From: the human T2T-CHM13v2.0 reference genome, Homo sapiens | DNA length: 64,000 bases | NCBI RefSeq assembly: GCF_009914755.1 | Contig: NC_060938.1 | Direction: 5' to 3' (one strand) | In this document: piece after piece, positions 38,755 through 50,686 of the stretch | Layout of the letters: every line of letters begins with the position of its first letter | Numbering within the stretch: position 1 is the stretch's first letter | Notes under the pieces: model-generated | Seen by the model: only the letters and a program-made list of their open reading frames with translations | The model's database searches: none | What the model was told of the DNA's origin: nothing | Made by a program: the position numbers and the translations under genes

Positions 38755-39245
38755 TGTGGTACATTGAGCTATTTCTTGGTCACAATTCTTTACTCTGTTG
38801 TGGCAGCATTATACATCCCCTTATGGCCACAGTCTCATGGTAGGCAATGTACCATTGTATAAGCTCAGTGGCCATGGACTTGCCCATGTGACTTGTTTGG
38901 TTAATGGGATGCTAGCAAATGTTAGCATCCCATTAGCCAAACAAGATTCTTCAAGAAGAATCTTGAAGTATACAGTTGGACTTTCCCTCTTGCTGCACCC
39001 CTGCCTTTCATCATGGGAAGAAAATGCCTTTTTGAAAGACGTGTTGTGCAAGGAGGATGAAAGATGGGTCAACCCTGGATGTAGTCATCTGCTTGGAGCT
39101 AACATCATCCAAGCCTACCCTTTGTTAGTCAAACCTCAGCCACCTGCAGAAATGTGAGCAAGAAATAAATGCTTGTTATTATAAGCCACTGAGTTTTGTA
39201 ATAATTTGTTACACGGCATTATGATAGCAACAGGTGACTGATAAA
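38755..39245 (+). mobile_element. MLT1H/I-type solo LTR carrying a fold-back insertion
   Basis: ccatgtgacttgtttggttaatgggatg; aatgtgagcaagaaataaatgcttgttattataagccactgagtttt...ttgttacacggcatt...tgactgata. Confidence 0.8.
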
Positions 39246-39427
39246 ATCCACTAGCCCACTCTGCCCATTCCTATACCAATCTCTAAGGCAAGGGCTTGGT
39301 ATGTGATTGGATAAGTCTAGGTCATGAGTTCGGCTGCTAGAAGCCAGTGGTGGATTCTGACTCACCTCTGGAATAAAGACTGAAAGGGCAAAGAAAGAAG
39401 GACACTGTTATCTAAAGAAAATTCCAA

Positions 39428-39751
39428 GGCCAGGCTCGGTGGCTCAAGGCCGTGCGCTGTGGCTCACACCTGTAATCCCAGCATTTTGGGAGGCCGAGGC
39501 GGGTGGATCACGAGGTCAGGAGATCGAGACCATCCTGGCTAACACGGTGAAACCCCATCTCTGCTAAAGAAACAAAAATTAGCCGGGCGTGGTGGCGAGT
39601 GTGCCTGTAGCCCCAGCTGCTCTACTCAGGAGGCAGAGGCAGGAGAATGGCGTGAACCCGGGAGGTGGAGCTTGTGCCGAGCCGAAATCGTGCCACTGCA
39701 CTCCAACCTGGGCAACAGAACAAGACTCCATCTCTAAACAACAACAACAAC
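39428..39751 (+). mobile_element. AluY with duplicated 5' end
   Basis: ggatcacgaggtcaggagatcgagaccatcctggctaacacgg, aatggcgtgaacccggg; (CAA)n tail; TSD aaagaaaattccaa/aaagaggattccaa. Confidence 0.93.
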
Positions 39752-39994
39752 AAAGAGGATTCCAATGGGCAAAAACAATAGATGTCTTCTACATCCATCG
39801 TCAGCAAAATCTACATTTAGAGTTGGTGATGAATTGAATCAGGATGCCACACCCTCCATGCTGAACCCTTGTAAATGACTAACAACCTGACATGCCTGTG
39901 ACAAACAACTGATCAATGAAGAGGAGATGGTAATGAAGGGGAAAATCAACCTTCAGAGACTTTGTGTTGTGCTGAAGCCTCGTGCCCAGAGCAG

Positions 39995-40808
39995 AGCAAG
40001 TAGGTAGTTGGTCATTGTGCTGGTTGGAAAACACCTGAAATAGGTTTTGGTCCTGAGCATCATATTTCAAAAGGTACATTATTACATTGAAACCTGTGGA
40101 GAATGAGGAATCCAGAAATGTTAAAAAGAAAAAGCTGGTGCCCATTGGTAGGGCAGATGTGGGGAGGATGAAATAAGAATCAGGATCATCAAGGGAAGAG
40201 ATGATAATTATTTCAAATATCATAAGGGCTGACAAATGGAAGAGAGATTGAATTTGGTCTGCATTCCTCCAAGAGCAAACTATTTTGACCTGAAGATAGG
40301 TGTTATTGTGGAAAGAATATGGGCTTTAAGATCAGGAAGAGAGAACTTAGTTCAAATTCTAGGTTACTACTTATTAGTGGTATGTCCCTGGGAAGTAACA
40401 TTCCGTCTCAGTGTCTGGTGCCTCATCTGTAAAAGGGGGATGCTACAATGTAAATAGATTTGTCGGAGAGCTTCAAAAACAATTCATGAAAGGCCTGCCC
40501 CTTTGTAGGTGCTCCATAAGGGTTAGCTACTTTAATATTGGTGATATCATTATTATTAGAACTATTATTAGTACTAATGTGCTGAATACACAGGGAAGCC
40601 AATTTTAGCCAAGTATAATGAGAAAGAATACTTAGCACTGTCCAAAAATAGAATGAGCTTCTGAGTGTCTTATTGAGTCTCCAGTCCTGGGGACTGTTCC
40701 AGTAGAGGCTGGTCATAGGAACTGGCATAGAGAGGACCTTCTGGGAGTCCTGAGAGACTGTTATATGGATTTCTGGGGGTTCACTATAACTCTGAGGTCC
40801 CAAGATTC
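39995..40808 (+). mobile_element. L3/CR1 LINE 3' portion split by a MIR
   Basis: tatttcaaatatcataagggctgacaaatggaagagagattg; cagggaagccaattttagc...ctgtccaaaaatagaatgagct...agtagaggctgg...aactctgaggtcccaagattc. Confidence 0.75.
40295..40560 (+). mobile_element. MIR
   Basis: gtggaaagaatatgggctttaagatcag...tacttattagtggtatgtccctgggaagtaac...cctcatctgtaaaagggg. Confidence 0.85.
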
Positions 40809-41059
40809 AAGAAACCATGAGCCAGCTTCATTAATGCCAGCCCCCACTGAGTGAATAGTAAAAGGTGTTAGAAATAAGGGAACCAAACATCTGGATGTAC
40901 TTGGAGCAATCTTAGTTTAGACCTGTTGTCCTGGTGCAATTATGAAATCATCCACTTTCTCTCTTGACAGTGTCCCAGTTTGGAGAATAATATTAAAGGG
41001 TTACCCTAATTCTAACTACTTCAGCAAATAGAAGCTAAGCATATTCTTTTTATTTTCTA

Positions 41060-42365
41060 AATAAGTTATCGCCTTTCCCTGAGCCCCAGAATCACTGGTC
41101 TTTCTGGGTTCTCCTTCCCTGTGTAATGTTATTGTCATCCTCCTGTGAACTCAGCCTCATGCCTTTGGAAAGCCACTTTAGCATTTCTGCCTCCCTCTCT
41201 CCATACTTTCAATCACTTGCCAAACCCTTTTGATCCTATCTTCAACATGCCTCCCATATCTGTGCTTCTTTTAAGTCTCACCGCTTTAATTCAGGTTCTT
41301 GTTACCTCTTGCCTGGAGCATCGTAAAATCCTCCTAACAGCCCAGACTCATCCTATTATCCATAAACCCACTGCCACTGGAGTGTGCCTTTTAAAGCGTG
41401 CCATCAATCTTGCTGATTCTTTTTACTAACCTAGATAAATAAAATTGAGTTTCAGTTGTCTGAGTCTTACTGTGTCATGTAAATATGGATAGAAGGGTTT
41501 TCATCAAATGTGGAGGATATGTTTAGGACGGTGTGATTTAGAATGCAAAGTTATGTGGACTACACAAAATTCCCCTGAAGGCACTCAGGAGGGCATCTCA
41601 ATGGTTTTGGTCACTAACTTCAGACCAGCTAGAAATGAAGTATGGGTCACGCAGGCTAACAACATCAACCATGGACAAAGAAAACAATGGTTTCCAATCT
41701 GAGTCCCAATTGAATGTTTAAGGGCAAGTTCTCTGAATTGCAGATGCTGACTTGCAATAGGTGTTGATTTTTCATGGAGCTGCTGTTCTCATGGACAACT
41801 CAATATAGCATTTGCTGGGGTTATTTAAACAATGTTGGTAAATGATTTCCTTGAGCAACACCAGAGAGACCAGCTAGAACAGAAAAACCCAAAAACTTCT
41901 CGGATAGCCATTCACAGTCATCTGCCCTGGTCTCTGAGTCTCTACTAAAGGTATGTTCCCCAGATGCACTATTCAGACGACATTTTGTCTCTCACCTGTG
42001 TGCGCATTAGCCTTCTTTCTTAACTCTGGCTCAGCTGTTCTTCCTCCTCAGGTGAAACATTTTCCCATCACCTCCAATTTTGGGAGTGTGCCCCATTGGT
42101 CAAGGCTCAGCTCAAATGCCACTTCTTCCATAAGACTTTGCCAGATTCTCAAAGGGTCATTAATTTCCTCCTAGAATGCTTTTCACTGTATGTTATCTAT
42201 TTTTTAAGATATATTTTATTAGATTTTATTTATTAAATGTAGCTATTTGCTTATCTTTGTCTTTTCACCTGTAAGTCTCAAGGGAAAAAAATGTCTTATC
42301 TTGGTATCCACTTTAGTGTTTTGCACATGGAAATTTTCAATAAAAGTTTATTGGATTAAATGATA
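41060..42365 (+). mobile_element. L2 fragments (41060-41430 and ~41985-42365)
   Basis: caatcacttgccaaacc...tcttgcctggagcatcgtaaaatcctcctaac; tcaaggctcagctcaaatgccacttcttccataagacttt...tcaataaaagtttattggattaaatga. Confidence 0.7.
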
Positions 42366-43659
42366 TTTTAAAAGAGTATCTCAATTTGGTTGGGTCACCT
42401 TCTCACAAGGTGGAATTGAAGTGTTTCCTAGAAAGAGGATCATCAATGCAATGCTATACCGTTATTTAAACCATGACAGGTTCTTTTTGCTGGAGAAATA
42501 CATTTGCTTTGCAATTAACAAATGATAGTTATTATCCATCTTTTTAATGTGAGGGTTTATACGTTTTCAAAAAGCTGTCAAATGCCAGGAAATGCTATGA
42601 AGACTAATCCTAATTCTTAATTCTTGGTCATTCTAATACTTAAATTCTTAAATCTGCCTGTAATATAAGAAATATGCTGAATGTACAATTGGTGGAGCAA
42701 GTTGTTCCTCTACTCACCTATTTTAGGCAATAATCTCTAGAGGGTATCAAATCTTCAGCAAAGTTGTTGGCTTCAATCGAAGCAATTTTGACTTACCTTA
42801 CGTGTTCCAGTCAGTGGGATATCAGATTGCTTCCTGTGTAGTATGGAGGTTTAAACCAACAATCACAAGGGTCTATCTTTGAAGCATAAAACCCTTGGAC
42901 ATTAAAACTTCTTTCTGGCACCATGCCCAAGGTCAGAAATCTGCATTTTTAGCACACTTCATCTGGGATTTCTCAGCACACACGGCCTGAATTCTCCATT
43001 CTTACTCAACTTCCAAGCATGCAGTTCTGCTGAAGAAAGCCCAATTCTGGAGTCTATTAAAAAAGAAGTAGAAAAATGGAACCTCACCCTGGGCAGCCAG
43101 TGAGAAAGATGCCTTCTGGAAACAAGACAAACCATGACACGGTTATCAGGATGTCATTTAAACTGCTTAAGATGAAACTGAGCAGGACTCTTGGGTCTAG
43201 ATGGGCACAAACACAGAGGAGGAGTTTCCATGAAAATGGTGAAGATGAAACATCGGGAGAATGTTAAAGGGACAGAGGTGAAAGGGCTGTTCCTGGATTG
43301 TTTCAATTCTGGCATAGAATTCCAAGGTGAAAAGTCCTAAAGCAATACGGAACCCCTAATTTGGAACTGACAGAATGAAAGAGAAGAAATAATTAGGTAG
43401 GAATTCAGCATTTAGAGAATTGCGGAAGTATAGGATCAGACACAATACTTGGCCCATTCGCAAGGGGTGGTGAAGGCGCTACCATTTGCTTCTTGAAGGA
43501 GTGTGAAACAGGAGGGTGAGGGTGAGTGTGAGGCACTGTGAGGCCAGTGGCCAAGGACAAAGCCCCTGCAGGGAGCACTCAGGGGGGACCAACGAGGAAC
43601 TGTGTGTAGATGAAATCACATCTGCCTGTGATCCTTACCAGGCATGTCCAGGGTGGTTA

Positions 43660-43830
43660 TCTCCTCCTCTTGAAGTTCTGAAACCTCGAAGGGACCTTAC
43701 AGATGAGTTGGTCCCACTCTGTTGTTACGGAGAAGGAAGCTAAACACAGAGAGGATGAGTGAAGGACCCAGTAACCCAGTTTACAGAGCTAGGTCTTGAA
43801 TCTAATTGTTAGGTTCTTTCCCTGTGCTTT
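43660..43830 (-). mobile_element. MIR3/MIR fragment
   Basis: gaagggaccttacagatga...tacggagaaggaagctaaacacagagagg...cagagctaggtcttgaatc. Confidence 0.6.
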
Positions 43831-44012
43831 TTCCCTTTGGACACATGCCCTTATATAAGATAGTATCCTATCACTGAGCTCCCAGTCCCTCCCCTCTGCA
43901 GGGCACCTCCCTGAGTGGTTTCAAACTTCACGCAAAGAGAAAGAGGGCACAGAATCCTAAAAGACGCCACTAACGAAGGTCTGTGTTAGGTGCTTTGTCT
44001 TTGTAATCTTCA

Positions 44013-44232
44013 AACAGCATGGTGACCACAGTTAATAATAATGGACTGTATATTTCAAAATTGCTAAAAGAGTAGACTTTGCCCTTACAACAGAAACATG
44101 ATAAGTAGGGGTGATGGATATTTTCATTGGCTTGATTTAATGTTTCTACAATGTATATGTATATCAAAACATCACATTTTACCCCATAAGTATATACAAT
44201 TATTATATATAAATTACTAAAATTGTAAAAAA
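44013..44232 (+). mobile_element. L1MA-type 3' end
   Basis: cagcatggtgaccacagttaataataatggactgtatatttcaaaattgctaaaagagtagacttt...tatcaaaacatcacattttaccccataa. Confidence 0.88.
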
Positions 44233-45182
44233 CCAACAACCCCAAGAGGTAGTGATCATTGGTTCCATTCTACAGGAAAGAGAAGTTAAGGACTTTGTCA
44301 AAGGTAACAAAGCTAGTCAATTTGGGAGGTGGCAACTGAATTGAGTCCATCTATTTTCAAAGTCAATGCTCCTTCACTTCTTCAGGGAAACTGCCCTGTC
44401 TTCCACCCTCAACCCATTTCCTGAACGGGCTTTGTGAAATCACTGAAAATCTGCCCTTCCCTGTCCTTCCACTCTGGTTCCCAGTTCTTAGACCCTGAGC
44501 TTCTTGGGGGCTGCTTGGGATAACACCACACCCCTGCCCAGCAGGCAGTTTCAGTCACAATGGAGCCTTTGTTCTAAGATGAGAAACCTCTCTTTGGGAA
44601 TCTGCTCCAGACACCTGCAGCCTCTTTAACCTTGGTGTTGGGAGACCATCATGTCAGGGACACTCAGCACAGGGCAGCTTCAGGAGTAGGTCTGTGTACA
44701 CTGCAACTGGAAAGCTCAAGGAGAATGAAATCTCTTCGTGGGACTGGAAAGTAACAATGGAGAAGACCGTGCTGCCTTCTTCCTCTTTCCTCCAAGGACA
44801 AAATACCTGGAGGAAGGCTCAAAGCTGGGCTACAGGGGTATAGCCAGGGATAAAATTTAAAAAGTACTTAACAGCTCATTGCCCTGCAACATGACCCTGG
44901 GCCAACCTCACATAGAGGATTTTGTAATGAGGATGAATCCTTTCATAAGCCCAGGTATCTAGTGGCTTGGACCATGATTAATGAATGGTATAAGGAGATG
45001 TTGGCTGAGGAGAGCTTGGGGTTGGTTGGAAATGAAGTGTCTGCACCCTGGGCTGTTGGGTTACAAGGACCTGTTGGGTTTACAAGGTCCGGTTCTATGG
45101 AATGAAGGCCAGAAAGGAGGATCTGAAGCTGGAGATGTAGGCTCCTTTTGCATGTCAGCATAGTTTTTTTCCGAGTCCCTTT

Positions 45183-46005
45183 TGCATTAGAATGTTCTCA
45201 GCTATAAGCAACAGGAAAGCCAACTCAAGCTGGCTTGGGCAATAAGATTTTTCTTTAGCTTACATATGAGATGAAAACAAGAAGTAAGAGTGTTTGGCCT
45301 TAGTAGATCCAGAAGTCCAATAATGTCATCAAGGACTTAGTATCTTTTCATCTTCCATGCTGCTGTCCACAGCATCAGTCTAATCCTAAGGCAGTTCCTC
45401 CTGAGGCTGTGGGAAGGCTGCCAGTAGCCACTGGCAGGGGAGTGTCTGCTTTCCTATTGCTCCCTTAAGAGTGAGAAAGCACTTCCTTAGAAGCCTCCAG
45501 AAAGTCTTTCTTTGGTGACATGCCCATTCCTAAACCAGTCACTGTCATGGGGGGCAGGATAACTCTTTAGATACGTCACATCTACCTTTTGAGATACAGG
45601 CAGTTCCCCAAACTGCTTGGTCCTATCTCCTATGTACTGAATGTGTCCCTTTCAAATCCTCAAGGCAATAGTATTTAAAGACAAGACCATTGGAAGGTGA
45701 TTAGGTCCCTCGTGAATGGGATTAGTGCCCTTATAAGAGAGGTCTTTAGGAAACTTGTTTGCCTCTTCCACCAAGCGGGGTTGCAACAAGATGTTGTCTA
45801 CAAAGCAGAGAACCCTCAGCAGACACTGAATCTGCTGGCACCTTGATCTTGGACTACTCAGCCTCTAGAGCTGTAAGATATAAATTTATTTTGTTTATAA
45901 GCCACCCAGTTTATGGCATTCTTTCTATACCAGCACAAACAGAATAAGACACCAAGAGGGGAGGTGTGCACTGGATGTTGCCTAATGAACCACCATGGCC
46001 ACCCT
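45183..46005 (-). mobile_element. MLT1J/K-type LTR split by MLT1A0
   Basis: cagctataagcaacaggaaagccaactcaagctggctt...caataatgtcatcaaggact...catgcccattcctaaaccagtcactg. Confidence 0.75.
45628..45951 (+). mobile_element. MLT1A0-type solo LTR
   Basis: ctgaatgtgtccc...gaatgggattagtgcccttataagaga...cagacactgaatctgctggcaccttgatcttggact...tgtttataagccacccagtttatgg...taagaca. Confidence 0.85.
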
Positions 46006-46581
46006 ACCCTCGAAACACCTAGTTAATAAGTTGTACTTAACGAATGTCAGCAAGTGTTTGTTGATTGAATATAAGTCTAGATTGTGAAGTCAGTTTCCTG
46101 TGGCTAGAATTGTGTCCAGAAAGTCACCAAAGTGAGGCTAAGTCTAAGAAAAGCCACTGTGTTAGGAGCTGAAGACATTACATTATATTCTTGACTATTT
46201 TTGACACTTTTCGTTCAATCGTTGAGTATTCCATATGCCAAATATATTTAATCCGTCCCTCCCATAGCCCCAAGGGGCTATTTTGAAATGAAATAAGATA
46301 TATATCAAAGTACTTTAGCATCTTAGGGAGAAAGAAAATGTGATATCCATTGTTATTTCATAACATTTGTAACAAGATGGGAATTTTCCAAGTACATGAA
46401 AATCTTCTTTTGTTGAGATAAAAATCTCCTGCTTATGACAGGTAACAAGAAGTACTGCTTTTGAGCACAGCCAAAAAACTAATGGAACTTTAAGCAGCAT
46501 ATGGGGAACCACCCATGTCTCTGAGTTGATAATTGGCCTGTCCTTCCTGGGCTTGGACTTCCCATTTGATTTAGTGAGGCC

Positions 46582-46894
46582 TTTATTTATTTATTTATTT
46601 ATTTATTTATTTGAGATGAGTCTCGCTCTGTAGTCAGGCTGGAGTGCAGTGGCATGATCTTGGCTCACTGAAACCTCTGCCTCCCAAGTTCAAGCGATTC
46701 TCCTGCCTCAGCCTCCTGAGTAGCTGGGACTACAAGTACGTGGCACCACGCCCAGCTAATTTTTGTATTTTTTTTTAGTAGAGATGAGTTTTCACCATGT
46801 TGGCCAGGATGGTCTCGATCTCCTGACTTCGTAATCCACCCGCCTCGGCCTCCCGAAGTGCTGGGATTACAGGCGTGAGCCACCGTGCCCGGCC
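46582..46894 (-). mobile_element. AluSc, antisense, (TTTA)n tail
   Basis: ttggccaggatggtctcgatctcctgacttcgt; full dimer ending cccggcc. Confidence 0.93.
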
Positions 46895-47479
46895 AGAACC
46901 TCATTCCTTCGCTTCTCTGTCTGCTCTTGGAGGATTTGAGCTTGTTGGAGCAGCGGTATTAGAAAACATGACACTTTTATTAACTTCATCAAACAACTGA
47001 CTCTGTCCTGGGGGCCAGAATGTGTTGGTCTGTTATCATGGCTCTGTTCCAGTCCTTCTCATAGCAGCTGTTTTCAAACGCATTCTTGGGCTCATACTTA
47101 TAGCATGATGTTAATCCATTTCTTCACTCAACTATCTGTTGATGTGTAATCTTGATTGTTATCAAAACCCAACATATTTAGTAGGCCCTGATCCAGGAAT
47201 AGCACTGAGCTATGCTTTGTTCAGAAGGAATTACTCAGACATTTTGCCTCTGCGTATAATCCTCAGTGACCTGAGGGAGCTCACACTGTTTCATTCCCTC
47301 ATTACTACATATGCCACCTGCAACTCGTATTTTACAATACCCTTCAGTACCGTGATGATGACCATTTTAGCACAAATCACCATTCTGGGCTTCCACTGCC
47401 CCATTGAGCCCTTGGGAGAGGATCACTGAGAAGTACTATGAGTACTTCTCGGAATCAGAAAAAGCTAAGCCCAGCAGTA

Positions 47480-47960
47480 AGAAGTCCAGTGTTTGGGTCG
47501 GTATCTACTTTCTACTCACTTATCCTTCACCATGGTTCCTTGGCTACCGTGTTTATCACCAAGTCTAAACTTCTAGATCATATCCTTTCCTCCTTCTGTT
47601 TTGCCACAATGTGGTCTGTATACTCAGTAACCTGAAAATTACTAGGTTAACGATTACCAGTATACTCTATATAAACGAAAAGGGGTAAAACATGAGAAAA
47701 ATTATTTTAAAGATAGAAACATACATATCATGTATCAAGGAAAAAAAATAAAATACAGGTAGGTATTACAGTCCACCTATCTGAAGCTGATGAAAAAGCT
47801 GTAGTTAGTGTTTATGACTTCCTTTTTCTGTTATTCATTTTCCCTATGCTTTCAGGCAGTTTTTTATTCAGTGGGTTAAACTATATCTTCATACCTGTAA
47901 GTTCTGAGACATTGATGGTCTTGCTTATTTTCAGTTTCTGTAATCTTCTGTTAAGTTTTC
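47480..47960 (-). mobile_element. Possible ERVL/MaLR internal-region fragment
   Basis: gctgtagttagtgtttatgacttcctttttctgttattcattt resembles ERVL/MLT internal sequence; weak. Confidence 0.35.
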
Positions 47961-48703
47961 TAATCTTCGGAGACTAATACTTTATCTTCCCTAAATTTTA
48001 GAATTCACTAGGGATGTTACCGGGGCCTGAAATTTTCTGTCTTTGAAGTTTTAAAATTCCATTTGTATTTTTTGAATACACATATTCATATGTGTTTATT
48101 TTTCTTGAGCTTATTTTTGTAACTTTTTTTCTAGAAATTTTGTTTTCAGAATTTTCCTATTGGTCGTCACATAGTTATCTATAATAACGTTATATTATCT
48201 TTTTAAGGTTTGTAAAATCTAACAGATGATCTGATAAGAGGATCACAAGTTTAATTTAGTTGTCAGGATACCATACACAAAGTTTGGTATGCTGTATTTT
48301 CATTTGTCATTTAGTTCAAAATATTTTCTAATTTCCACTAAAAAATATTTTATCCCATAGATTATTTGGAAATGTATTGCTTAGTTTCTAAACATGTATG
48401 CATTTCTAGTTATCCTATTGTTACTAATTTCTAACTTAATTCCAATTCAGTCAGAGAATATATTCTGCTGATTTCAATCTTTCAAAGTATATTCACTTCT
48501 TTTATGGTCCAGAATGGTCAATTTTGGTAAATGTTCAATGTGGATTGAGCATTTACCAAAAAATTGACAAAAAAAATACATGTTCTGTATCTATTGGATT
48601 TGGCATTCTGTAGATGTAACTAGGTCAGATTTGTTCAGATCTTCCGCATCTCTAATAATTTTTACTCTCTGTTCTCTCAGTTTCTGAGAGAGGTATATTA
48701 AAA

Positions 48704-49046
48704 CAGCAGTACCCAACCTTTTTGGCACCAGGGACCAGCTTTGTGGAAGACAATTTTTCCATGGACCGAGGTTAGGGGTGGGGATGGTTTCAGAATGAAA
48801 CTGTTCCACCTCAGATCATCAGGCATTAGATTATCATAAGAAGCATGCAACCTAGATCCCTCACATGCACAGTTCACAATAGGGTTTGTGCTCCTATGAG
48901 AATCTAATGCTTCCACTGACCTGACATAAGGCAGAGCTCAGGGTGGTAATGCTCTCTCACCTGCTGCCCACCTCCTGCTGTGTGGCCTTGTTTCTAACAG
49001 GCCACAGATCAGTACTGGTCCATAGCCCTGGGGCTGGGGACCCCTG
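48704..49046 (+). mobile_element. MER1B (hAT-Charlie), full length
   Basis: cagcagtacccaacctttttggcaccagggacc...aactgttccacctcagatcatcaggcattagatt...ggggacccctg; 8-bp TSD tattaaaa/tgttaaag. Confidence 0.93.
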
Positions 49047-49831
49047 TGTTAAAGTATCCCGCTATGATTATGAATGTATCTATTTTTCCTTTTAATCTTA
49101 TGAAATTTTTCTTTACATATTTTGAAGCTATGCTCTCAGATACAAATTTAGAACTGTAATATCCTCCTTGTGAATTGACACTTTAGTATATATATTAGTT
49201 ATCCCTCTATCTGTTTTATCTTTAGTCATGCTTCTTAGTGGTCTGTTTAAAAAAATATTATAGCTGCAACACTTCCTACTGATTAATGTTAACATTATAT
49301 GTATATTTTTTCATTATTTTACTTTCAATTTTTCTCTTTCTTTATATTTAAGATATGTCTTCTTAAAGTAGCATATACTTCAGTTTTGGTGTTTTAATTT
49401 GGTCTTAAAATCTTTATGTTTTAATTAGATTATTGACTTATTTTACATTTAATGTAAGTACTTATATATCTGGTCTTATATCTACCATTTTTCTATTGGT
49501 TTTCTATTTGTCCTAATTCATAATCTTTTTTGTCTTTTTTGCATTTTTTGATTAATGAAGCACTTTTTATTATTTTCTTTTCTTTTCTACTAGTTTGTTG
49601 GTTATGGTTTGAAAGAGTCAGTATTCAATTAAATTTACTGACATAATTATTTCATTCTCTGCTCTTTATTTCTCCCTTCATTTTCATGCTTTTTCATCAA
49701 ATTTCTCTGGTTTAAAAGGCTAGTTTTTTACTGCTACATAATAATTATACATATTTATGGGGGTACGTGTGATATCTTGATACATGCATACAATGTGTAA
49801 TGATGAAATCATCTATCACACCAAACATTTA

Positions 49832-49896
49832 TTAGGTTGGTTCGAAAATAATTACCTCTAATGGCAAAAGCCACAATTACTTCTGAACCAACCTAA
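49832..49896. mobile_element. MADE1 (Hsmar1-derived MITE), internally deleted
   Basis: ttaggttggttcgaaaataatt...taatggcaaaagccacaattacttctgaaccaacctaa flanked by TA on both sides. Confidence 0.9.
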
Positions 49897-50260
49897 TATT
49901 ATTTCTTTGTCTTGGGAACATACCAAATCTTCTCTTCTAGCTATTTCAAAATATATAACAAATTATTGTTAGCTATAATCACCCTACTATGCCATCAAAC
50001 ACTAGAACTTATTCTTTCTAATTGTATTTTTGTAGCCATTAACTTCTCTTTATTCCCAACCCCCATCCTTCTCAGCATCTGATAACCATCATTCTACTCT
50101 CTACTTCCATTCATATATGAGAGCTGAAAAAGTTCATATTAAAAAGAGAGACAAATACGTGATATTTGTCTTTCTGTTCCTGGCTGCTTTTACTTAACAA
50201 TGTCCTCCAATTCCATCATGTTGCTGCACATGACAGGATTTCATTCATTTTTATGGCTGA

Positions 50261-50686
<426 letters not shown>

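Larger units (their letters stand above)
38413..39793 (-). mobile_element. MLT1K-like LTR interrupted by MLT1H and AluY
   Basis: gcaaagtgacagaaagcctaactcaattggtttaagcaaaa; tgattggataagtctaggtcatg; ends gggcaaaaacaatagatgtcttctaca. Confidence 0.7.

Noticed and set aside
47428-47450. 10-bp perfect hairpin gagaagtact-atg-agtacttctc
   Set aside because: Roughly one such stem is expected by chance in a window this size.
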